64,000 bases of DNA from Sneathiella sp. (GTDB taxonomy: Bacteria; Pseudomonadota; Alphaproteobacteria; Sneathiellales; Sneathiellaceae), in contig JAXMOU010000002.1 of assembly GCA_034669685.1 (NCBI GenBank), positions 943,230 through 1,007,229 of the forward strand, in the 5' to 3' direction. The translations under genes were made by a program, and so were the position numbers. Below the pieces are notes generated by a model. The model had not been told where the DNA came from. It made no database searches and worked only from the letters and a program-made list of their open reading frames with translations. This document shows, piece after piece, positions 56,568 through 64,000 of the stretch (the stretch's first letter is position 1; every line of letters starts with the position of its first letter).

Positions 56568-57881
56568 ATGGATACAACAAAAACCGCTAACCTTGACGCG
56601 CTTGGTATCGCAAAGCCTGCTTGGGTTGGGTTGTTCGTAATTGCCTTGTTTTTTGGCGGTTTTGGAAGTTGGGCGGCGCTGGCCCCACTGGGAAGTGCTG
56701 CAATCGCGACAGGTGTTATTAGCGTCGAGGGAAGCCGAAAAACAATTCAGCATTTTGAAGGTGGGATCATCTCGCAAATCCTGGTGAAAGATGGAGATGT
56801 TGTTAAAAAAGGGGATGCATTAATTGTTCTCGATAATACGCAGGCAGAAGCGTCTTTGCAGCTTGTCTATGGCCGCAAAATGGTTGCGCTTGCTGAATTA
56901 GCTCGACTGGAAGCTGAAAGGGACAATGCTGCTTCAATAGATTTCGACGAATGGCTGCTGTCGCGAAGTGAAGATCCAAATGTTTTAAAGGCCATGGAAA
57001 GCCAGAGAAACATTTTTGAGGCCCGGTTGCTGGCAAGGCAGGGGCAAATTACGATTTTGAACCAAAAAATCTCCCAGCTAGATGAGGAAATCAAAGGCCT
57101 TCAAAATCAGATCCTCTCAACCAATGAACAGACTAAGCTGATTAATTTAGAGCTCAAAGATGTTGCAACACTGGTAAAGAAGAAACTCGCGAAGACTACC
57201 AGGCTTAGAGCGTTGCAACGAAATGCTGCCGAGCTTTCCGGCGCTAAAAGTCAAAGTGTTGCCCGTATTGCGCAATCAAGACAGGCGATCGGCGAAATAC
57301 AACTGCAAATCACTGAACTTCAAAACGCGGTATTGAATGAAGCCGTTGCAGATCTCAAAAATGTTCAGGCCCAGTTATTTGATTTAGAAGAGCAAGAGCG
57401 ATCTTCCCGTGATGTGTTGAACCGGACCGAAATCGTAGCGCCAACGTCCGGTGTCGTTGTTAGTATGGCCGTCCATACAGCCGGCGGCGTGATTAGAAGT
57501 GGTGAGCCGCTCATGGAACTTGTGCCGATGGATCAAGCTTTATTGGTACAGGCTAAAGTTAATCCGTCTGATATTGACGTTGTGCATATTGGCGCATCAG
57601 CGCGCATTACCTTTCCAGCCTTCAGTCAACGAGACGTATCCCCCGCCGATGGTTCAGTTATCAATGTTTCGGCAGATAGCTTGACAGATGAGCGAACCGG
57701 AGAGTCCTACTACCAAGCGCTTGTCAAAATTGACAATCTGGAAGTTGCCAATATCAATATTGAACAACTCCGCCCTGGTATGCAGGCTGATATCATGATC
57801 GCGACAGGTGAGCAAACGGCTCTTCAATACTTTTTGAAACCAATACTGACCAGTTTCAATCGCGCGATGAAAGAGCAATAA
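56568..57881 (+). CDS. prtE: Type I secretion membrane fusion protein (HlyD/PrtE)
   Basis: FGSWAALAPLGSAAIATG, IQHFEGGII, long coiled coil, APTSGVV, LRPGMQADIMIATGE. Confidence 0.92.
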   Translation: MDTTKTANLDALGIAKPAWVGLFVIALFFGGFGSWAALAPLGSAAIATGVISVEGSRKTIQHFEGGIISQILVKDGDVVKKGDALIVLDNTQAEASLQLVYGRKMVALAELARLEAERDNAASIDFDEWLLSRSEDPNVLKAMESQRNIFEARLLARQGQITILNQKISQLDEEIKGLQNQILSTNEQTKLINLELKDVATLVKKKLAKTTRLRALQRNAAELSGAKSQSVARIAQSRQAIGEIQLQITELQNAVLNEAVADLKNVQAQLFDLEEQERSSRDVLNRTEIVAPTSGVVVSMAVHTAGGVIRSGEPLMELVPMDQALLVQAKVNPSDIDVVHIGASARITFPAFSQRDVSPADGSVINVSADSLTDERTGESYYQALVKIDNLEVANINIEQLRPGMQADIMIATGEQTALQYFLKPILTSFNRAMKEQ

Positions 57882-57889
57882 GTCTCCAC

Positions 57890-59443
57890 TTACTCGTTCG
57901 GAACGTATCTGGGAAGAACCTCAAACAATTCGGTTGCAAAATCAGATAGGCGCTTGTCAGCGATGATTTCTGACATCTCGGTTGTAACGGGCATTGTTAA
58001 TCTGACCAATGCCCCGTCTGTACGATTAGACATTAAGCCACCAGCGAGTAAATTGAACTTGGCGAGATATTCGTTTGCAATGTATTTCCCACGTTGCTGG
58101 AACCAGTAATAAACAAGCAAACGTTGTTCGCCTTTTCCAATCATCACTCGATTGACAGGCACATTTGTGCCATTGTTGTTAAGTTCAATGGTTGTTAAAT
58201 CTGTAATTTTCCAACCACCTGAAGGAATACAGACGCGCGGTGAGTGAGGTGTTCGTCCCGCCGACTGCTGCTCATAATAGCCAATGAACAAAGAAACTGT
58301 CGGCAGATCCTTCTCTCGGTAATGTCCAAGGAAATAGTCACTCATCTGCAAGATTTCTTGTTCTATTCCAGGTAACTGATCCTCTTCGGCAATCATGTTG
58401 TTAATTTTCAGAGGAAAACTTGCAAAGGTTGCTCTTTCTGGAATAACGGGATCAATGGACCGTAAGAAATAGGACAGAGGCCCAAGGAGCAAGCATAGAA
58501 CAATAACAGCATACACCGGCGTCATTGTTTTTGGGGATTGCTTCTTTGAAGTCTCAGCTTCTATTTTTAGGACGCCATTTCCGATAGTTGCTTTTTCTTT
58601 TTTGGTTAGCGTTAGCCAGCAAACAGCAAGTGTTAAGGCGAATGAAATAAGGAAGAAAACCCAGCCTTCAAATAAGTGGAAAAAGCCTTCGGATACGCCC
58701 ATATCAGTGAATTCAACAAAGGCACCCGTAAGGAAGATGCGAACACTGTTCATTACAATTGAAACTGCAGCGGCCAATACCAAAAATAGGCATCTTTTCC
58801 ATAGCTTGATGTCGAAGAGCATTCCCGAGAGAGCGCCGAGGCCGATCATTGGATATAGATAACGCAGACCACTACAGGCTTCTGCGACTTCCAATTTCAT
58901 TTTTCCCAGATCAATGATGTTACCATCCTGAAAAACAGTAATGCCAACCGCGCGTAGCCAGAAAACGCTTACGTCTGAAGAAAAGAGTTGCAGCCCATAG
59001 GAAAGGTTGGAGTTTAGAAAGCTAGGTGGAGGGACAACAAAAGGCAGTAGTATTAGAGACGGAAAGACATATCTTGCATAAGTATATCCGCCGAAAGTAA
59101 GGAAAAGTCCGAAAATGAGAGCGAACGTACTCAAATGGCGGACATTTTGAATGCCTGCCTTAATGGCGAGGGAGTATAAGGCAATTGAACCAATCACGAC
59201 AAGAACCCCAAGGTATCTACCGCGGGGATCAGGACGTGCCAATAAATCTTTGCGTTTCCATAAAAGGTATAGTGATACACCAAGCATCAGAGGGCCATGG
59301 CTAAACTCCTCCGAGTTCATCCAAGAGTCCCAAAGTAAGTGAGCATCCGGGGCGTAAAAGACTAAAACAAGCAATATGCTTAAAGGCAATAAAAACTTTG
59401 ACCAGTCTGTCTTGTGACCTGAAGAGTTTATCATTTGCGTCAC
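57890..59443 (-). CDS. xrtD: VPLPA-CTERM-specific exosortase fused to an EpsI domain
   Basis: FSHGPL, VAEACSGLRY (Cys), NSVRI (Arg), EGFFHLFEGW (His); EpsI-type HSPRVCIPSGGW and VYYWFQQRG; VPLPA-CTERM substrates in the same window. Start uncertain (59434-59494). Confidence 0.85.
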   Translation of the reverse strand: MTQMINSSGHKTDWSKFLLPLSILLVLVFYAPDAHLLWDSWMNSEEFSHGPLMLGVSLYLLWKRKDLLARPDPRGRYLGVLVVIGSIALYSLAIKAGIQNVRHLSTFALIFGLFLTFGGYTYARYVFPSLILLPFVVPPPSFLNSNLSYGLQLFSSDVSVFWLRAVGITVFQDGNIIDLGKMKLEVAEACSGLRYLYPMIGLGALSGMLFDIKLWKRCLFLVLAAAVSIVMNSVRIFLTGAFVEFTDMGVSEGFFHLFEGWVFFLISFALTLAVCWLTLTKKEKATIGNGVLKIEAETSKKQSPKTMTPVYAVIVLCLLLGPLSYFLRSIDPVIPERATFASFPLKINNMIAEEDQLPGIEQEILQMSDYFLGHYREKDLPTVSLFIGYYEQQSAGRTPHSPRVCIPSGGWKITDLTTIELNNNGTNVPVNRVMIGKGEQRLLVYYWFQQRGKYIANEYLAKFNLLAGGLMSNRTDGALVRLTMPVTTEMSEIIADKRLSDFATELFEVLPRYVPNE

Positions 59444-59530
59444 TGTATTGTGTCCCCCGATTTCGCATTGTGATTTCAAATAGAAATCGCCCAATTTTTG
59501 TAGGTAGTGTCTAGAATGAATTTTTAAAGT

Positions 59531-60346
59531 CTAATAATAATGTGTTTGTCTTTCAGAAGCTTTGTTTAAAACAACACCCACTAAGTTAGTCGATTGGATT
59601 TGACGGCGAGCTTCTTTAACTTCAACCGGTTTTGTCTCATCGCTTGCAACTACCAATAATACGCAGTCAACTTGCGGAAGAAATGCAATAGCATCATCTC
59701 CGGCCATAAGGGGCGGCAAGTCAAAAATAATAATTCGGCTTTCATAACGAGACCGAAGGTCCTGAACCAGAGATTTTACACGCTTGGAGGTTAGTGTCTC
59801 GGCCGAGTTTTTGATCGGAATGGTATTTGGTAAGACGACAAAACGTGGGATACCAGGATTTATGAGGATATCCTTGATTTCCGTTTGATTCTCAAGGTAG
59901 TCAAATAAACTTTTCTCGCATTTTAATCCTAAGTACTGAGAAATCCGCGGACGCCTCAAGTCAAAGTCAACAATCAAGGCGGTTTTATCAGTCTGCTTGG
60001 CTATGCTGAGGGCTAAATTTAGAGCGACAACCGTTTTCCCGCATTCGGGAGAAGGGCTCGTAATTGCAAGCGTTTTCCATCCATTCTCCTCCATTTTACT
60101 AAGCACTTGAGTTCTAAGAACATCGAAGGAGACTGAGTCAGGATCCTCACTATCAAAGGTAATGATCCGATTTGCGGCTAGATGTTTGGTGTCAAGTTTG
60201 ACAACCTGCGTCTCGTTATACAAAATTTCTTCATTTTCAACCTCAGGAGTTCTGCGGTTTGAAGAAATGATGCCTGAATGTTTATGAGCGGGCGTCGTTT
60301 GTTGTGATGATTTCGCTCTGGAGATTGCGTCTTTGATACGTTCCAA
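59531..60346 (-). CDS. Stand-alone CpsD/CapB-type tyrosine kinase
   Basis: ITSPSPECGKT (Walker A), LIVDFDLRRP (A'), IIFDLPP (B), GVVLNK, C-terminal HYY; TTG start with GGAGG RBS. Confidence 0.88.
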   Translation of the reverse strand: MERIKDAISRAKSSQQTTPAHKHSGIISSNRRTPEVENEEILYNETQVVKLDTKHLAANRIITFDSEDPDSVSFDVLRTQVLSKMEENGWKTLAITSPSPECGKTVVALNLALSIAKQTDKTALIVDFDLRRPRISQYLGLKCEKSLFDYLENQTEIKDILINPGIPRFVVLPNTIPIKNSAETLTSKRVKSLVQDLRSRYESRIIIFDLPPLMAGDDAIAFLPQVDCVLLVVASDETKPVEVKEARRQIQSTNLVGVVLNKASERQTHYY

Positions 60347-60355
60347 CTCAGCCTC

Positions 60356-62017
60356 CTAAAAAGGTAAAATATTCATGCGTTCCGCAGCAGCCCAGGCCCT
60401 GTAGAACAGAATATCCAACGGTTTATAAAATATATGAATAAGAGAAAGGCTGACGGCAAGTACGATTGCGGGTGCCAGAAGTAAGGCGCCTAGCTTGTAG
60501 CGCTTTTTTTGAATATCTCTTTGTGTTTTGATAAAGGGAATCGCGACCAGCGGGGGGTGTTTTAAAAGCGCTTCGAGCTCTTTGGAGGTGCGAACCCGGC
60601 GATCTACGAGCTCGATTAGAACTGCAGTTCCGAAACCGGTTGCAAATGCCAGAAATACACCAATCCCTATAAATTTTGGTCGATTAGGCCAAACAGGTTC
60701 TGTTGGTACGATCGGAGGTTCCAGAAGGAGAAACCTCTCTGCTTTTTTCTCTTCTTCAAGGTTTTGAGCTAATCGCGCTTTACCCTGTTTGGCTTCAATT
60801 TCTTCGTACTTAGCTAATATTTCTCGCTGTGTTCGATTTAAAACAAGCAGGCCTCTCTCTACTTCTGGGGTTTTGAGAATTAATTTTTCGGTTTCAGCCG
60901 CTTTTGCCCGAAGTTGTTTAAGCTGCTCAACTGTATTCTCTGTAGCCTGCTTATTTGAGGAGAGGCGTATATTTATACGTTGGATCAATTGTTCTTGTGC
61001 TGGGTTTGTCGTTTTTCCGCTTTTTGTCTCAATTCCATCACTGGCCTCGGCTGCAAGTTCGTCAGCAATTTGAGTTTCTAACGCTGCTACTTTTCTTTGA
61101 AGTGACTTTACTGTTGGATGTCGCTCTGTTAGCTGTGTCAAGGCCTGCGTTAATTGATCTTTAGTTCGCTGCAACTCTAGTTCAGTGGTGTTGTCGGGCG
61201 TTTCAATAGTCCCAGATCTATTTACTAGACCAGATTTCGCGGAACTTAATTCTAGCTCAAGATATTTACGCTCATCCCGGAGCGCATCTAGTTGCCGCTC
61301 AGCTACTTTAATTTCTGATTGAATGCGTTCTAGTCCGCCTAGCCTTAGTTCCAGATGCTCAGGCAGGCTTTCGCTGTGTTTGCTTTTATATTCTGAGATC
61401 GCATTTTCAGTTGTGGTAAGGGCATCTCGAAGTTTCTTGGCTTCTTGCTGAAGAAATTGTGTTGTTTCCGATGCTCTTTCTGTTCTTGTTTTGACGTTCT
61501 CACTCAAGAATAAAGTAACGAGCTCATTTGCGACTTTAGCTGAAATCTGGGGGTCTTCGTGTTGGAAGCCGACTTTAAATGCAATTGTTGTTGCGCCGCG
61601 CCTATTGGAGCCAACTTCTGAAGTTATTACATCAAGCGTAATCAATTCTTGCATTTGCTCAATGAGTTCAGAGACAGAAAGTCTTTTGCGGTCTTCATTA
61701 AAAACAGAGTATTTATCAATAATCTTCAAAAGATTACTGCGCGTCATGACTCTTTGTTGAATGATTGTAATTCGCTGGTTGGGGTCGGAAGTGACAGTTG
61801 ATTGAACAAGCTCAACAGGAATTTGCTGAGATTCAACAAGTACTGTGCCCACTGATTCATATCGTTGAGGAATCAAATAAACGACGACCACTGCGAGAAT
61901 TGCCCCAATTATCGCCGGCACTAAGAAAAAGAAAAACCGTCGCTTGGCGATGGCAAGGATCATTGAAAGATCAAATGATCCTTCCTCTTCTTCCTGTTGA
62001 TAGTAATCTGTAGCCAT
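60356..62017 (-). CDS. Polysaccharide co-polymerase / chain-length determinant (Wzc N-terminal / GumC type)
   Basis: Two TM segments flanking a coiled coil; YESVGTVLVESQQIP, LTERHPTV, LLEPPIVPTEPVWPNR. Confidence 0.88.
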   Translation of the reverse strand: MATDYYQQEEEEGSFDLSMILAIAKRRFFFFLVPAIIGAILAVVVVYLIPQRYESVGTVLVESQQIPVELVQSTVTSDPNQRITIIQQRVMTRSNLLKIIDKYSVFNEDRKRLSVSELIEQMQELITLDVITSEVGSNRRGATTIAFKVGFQHEDPQISAKVANELVTLFLSENVKTRTERASETTQFLQQEAKKLRDALTTTENAISEYKSKHSESLPEHLELRLGGLERIQSEIKVAERQLDALRDERKYLELELSSAKSGLVNRSGTIETPDNTTELELQRTKDQLTQALTQLTERHPTVKSLQRKVAALETQIADELAAEASDGIETKSGKTTNPAQEQLIQRINIRLSSNKQATENTVEQLKQLRAKAAETEKLILKTPEVERGLLVLNRTQREILAKYEEIEAKQGKARLAQNLEEEKKAERFLLLEPPIVPTEPVWPNRPKFIGIGVFLAFATGFGTAVLIELVDRRVRTSKELEALLKHPPLVAIPFIKTQRDIQKKRYKLGALLLAPAIVLAVSLSLIHIFYKPLDILFYRAWAAAERMNILPF

Positions 62018-62216
62018 TTATCATTCACAAAATGTTGTTAAAAAAAATACTAAACTCAGTCTTTGTCAAAGGTTAGGCAATAACTCTTCAATTTGTATTG
62101 CTGACCTCGTCTACGCCAAGGCAACCTATAGTTAGTCATATGTTCTAGCCTGAAAAGTGTAAATAAATTATGCACCTATTGCGCTAGTTGATTGATTATC
62201 TTTCTGGCGAAAATAC

Positions 62217-63737
62217 CTAATACGCATTTTTATTAATAAATCCGACAAATGCGGTCATGATCAAGATTTGGATATCAAATAATAACGACCAGTTTTCGCA
62301 ATAATACATGTCATGCTGAACGCGGGCTTCCATTTTATCAAGGGTATCAGTTTCGCCTCTTAGCCCTTTAACCTGTGCCCAGCCCGTAATACCTGGCTTA
62401 ACGCGGTGGCGTCCAAAATACCCTTCGATAAGCTCGGAATATTCTTCATTATGATCAACTGCATGGGGGCGTGGGCCAACTAGCGACATGCTGCCAAGAA
62501 ACACATTCAAAAGCTGAGGGAGTTCATCCAGACTTGTTTTTCGAATGAAACGCCCGACTTTTGTGATGCGAGGATCATTTTTGGTTGCCTGCTTAGTCGT
62601 TTTTACTGGGGCATCGCCGTGATACATGGATCGGAATTTATAGATTTCAAACTCTTGATTGTTATATCCGAACCGCTTCTGTTTAAAAAGCACGGGCCCT
62701 TTGCTTTCCAGTCTGATCGCGAGTGCAAGGCATAAAAAAACAGGTGAAAATAAAAGGAGAAGAATTGCACTGAAAATTTTGTCTTCCAGCCATTTAACCA
62801 TGACACCCCAGCCAGATAGAGGAGAGTCGATTACCTCAATCATAGGAATGCTACCAAAATGCTTGGGGGAAGGTTTGTTGGGAAAACGAAACCCGACCAG
62901 GTCCGAGACTAAATGGACATGGGCTGGCAATTCCCTAAGTTGGCTGACAATTTCCACCTGCCGGTCATCCGCATTCCAAGGCAGAGCGACAATAATATCA
63001 TCCACATGGTTTTTTCGGCAATATTGCTTAAGTTCTTCGATATTTCCTTTGATGGGAAATTCTAGCAACTTTTTATCGATCCGTGAGGCACGATCATCAA
63101 AAATGCCAATCACAAAATTCATTGGGTATTTTTGACTTTCAGTCAGAGTCTTTATGAGATGGCTTGCCTGAGGTCCGGCGCCAACAATTGCAATATTTCG
63201 CCGGATGAGGCCATTTCGCGCAAAAAAACGAAGGCCGCTATATCCAATAAACCTCGCAAGGGAAAGATAAAGTATGCCCAGACCAAAAAAGCTATAAATC
63301 CAGACACGGGAAAATTCACCCGAAATATTCAAGGAAAATGCCAGAGCCAGAAGTAGCAAGATGGTGATCAGAAAGGCTGCAGCTATTCGCGACGTTGTCT
63401 GCAGAGGAGCCATGATGGCAGAAAAATCATAAATACCAGCATAGCGGCCAACGAAAAAATAAGAGCTGAAAACAAAGAAGATGGCGAATAAATAAATTTC
63501 GCGAATATATGTAGGGTTACCGATAACAATTGCATAAGCTGTGAATCCAGCGGCAGCTATCAGTAAGGTGTCAATTAGACTAAATAACCCAGACAAAACC
63601 GTTGACGAAAGCGGATAGCTCTTGTCTTTGGTGGGGAGATGCTTTTGATCCTGAATAACACTCAACCTATTCATCCAAGTTAATTTTTCCAATAGTTGCT
63701 CAACTTCTTGGTGATCATCTAGGGCTGTTATATACAT
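62217..63737 (-). CDS. Undecaprenyl-phosphate glucose phosphotransferase (priming GT; WcaJ/PssA/SpsB-like)
   Basis: Four N-terminal TM segments and a CoA-binding-like domain; KFRSM, DPRITKVGRFIRKTSLDELPQL, SLVGPRPHA, VKPGITGWAQV. Start may be ATG 63674. Confidence 0.9.
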   Translation of the reverse strand: MYITALDDHQEVEQLLEKLTWMNRLSVIQDQKHLPTKDKSYPLSSTVLSGLFSLIDTLLIAAAGFTAYAIVIGNPTYIREIYLFAIFFVFSSYFFVGRYAGIYDFSAIMAPLQTTSRIAAAFLITILLLLALAFSLNISGEFSRVWIYSFFGLGILYLSLARFIGYSGLRFFARNGLIRRNIAIVGAGPQASHLIKTLTESQKYPMNFVIGIFDDRASRIDKKLLEFPIKGNIEELKQYCRKNHVDDIIVALPWNADDRQVEIVSQLRELPAHVHLVSDLVGFRFPNKPSPKHFGSIPMIEVIDSPLSGWGVMVKWLEDKIFSAILLLLFSPVFLCLALAIRLESKGPVLFKQKRFGYNNQEFEIYKFRSMYHGDAPVKTTKQATKNDPRITKVGRFIRKTSLDELPQLLNVFLGSMSLVGPRPHAVDHNEEYSELIEGYFGRHRVKPGITGWAQVKGLRGETDTLDKMEARVQHDMYYCENWSLLFDIQILIMTAFVGFINKNAY

Positions 63738-63876
63738 CCTTTGATGAACTAAAGCTTACCAAGCCCGACATATATACCGTGTTATCATCTAAATTGATTA
63801 AAATAGTAGAAATTAAGTTCAGAATATATAAAGCGTTGCAAAAACTACGCTTTTAGATCGTAAAAAAGGAAGTTCT

Positions 63877-64000
63877 GTGAAGTCTTTTCATCGCTTGTAT
63901 ATCTTGATTTGGGGGTTGGCACTAATGGCAATCGCCGTGGGGTCATTGCTGCCGGTTGAAGAGCTTCCAAAAGTTTCCTCACTTGTTAGCGATAAAATTC
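63877..64000 (+). CDS. VanZ-like membrane protein (3' truncated by window edge; absent from the ORF track)
   Basis: GTG 63877 after AAGGA reads VKSFHRLYILIWGLALMAIAVGSLLPVEELPKVSSLVSDKI, matching the VanZ pattern TM-SLxP...DKxxH. Confidence 0.6.
   Translation, partial: MKSFHRLYILIWGLALMAIAVGSLLPVEELPKVSSLVSDKI

Noticed and set aside
27598-64000. Integrative element or prophage origin for the surface region
   Set aside because: No integrase, transposase, tRNA target, att-like direct repeats or phage genes were found.

Overview
Chromosomal window from an alphaproteobacterium. GcrA, PutA/PutR, CobT, PlcP-like and VPLPA-CTERM/XrtD markers support this; a marine lineage is inferred, not established. 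Bases 1-27.6 kb are mostly housekeeping and metabolic genes: znuCB, putR-putA, a CHASE hybrid kinase, a plcP-agt-lipid kinase triad, a MarR/Tat-flavoprotein unit with a clear tandem operator, an MsbA-like ABC exporter, cobC/cobT, a two-domain cold-shock protein and a compact gcrA. Bases ~27.6-64 kb form a cell-surface region. It contains two VPLPA-CTERM sorted proteins, a ~2000-aa type I-secreted protein (4 LamG-like modules, 7 VCBS/cadherin-like repeats, a right-handed beta-helix and RTX repeats), and a Wzx/Wzy exopolysaccharide locus. That locus has a priming GT, PssD/PssE, two more GTs, Wzy, Wzx, split Wzc/tyrosine kinase, short Wza plus beta-barrel, TPR lipoprotein, ExeA-like ATPase, a second beta-helix enzyme, PrtD/PrtE, exosortase XrtD-EpsI and a truncated VanZ-like gene. 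The gene inventory closely parallels the Sphingomonas sphingan (gel/sps/dps) clusters. It adds an uncharacterised oxidoreductase pair and a greatly expanded lyase-adhesin. I recognised no rRNA, tRNA, IS, integrase or CRISPR array. All family assignments come from motif recognition and memory; no database search was run.
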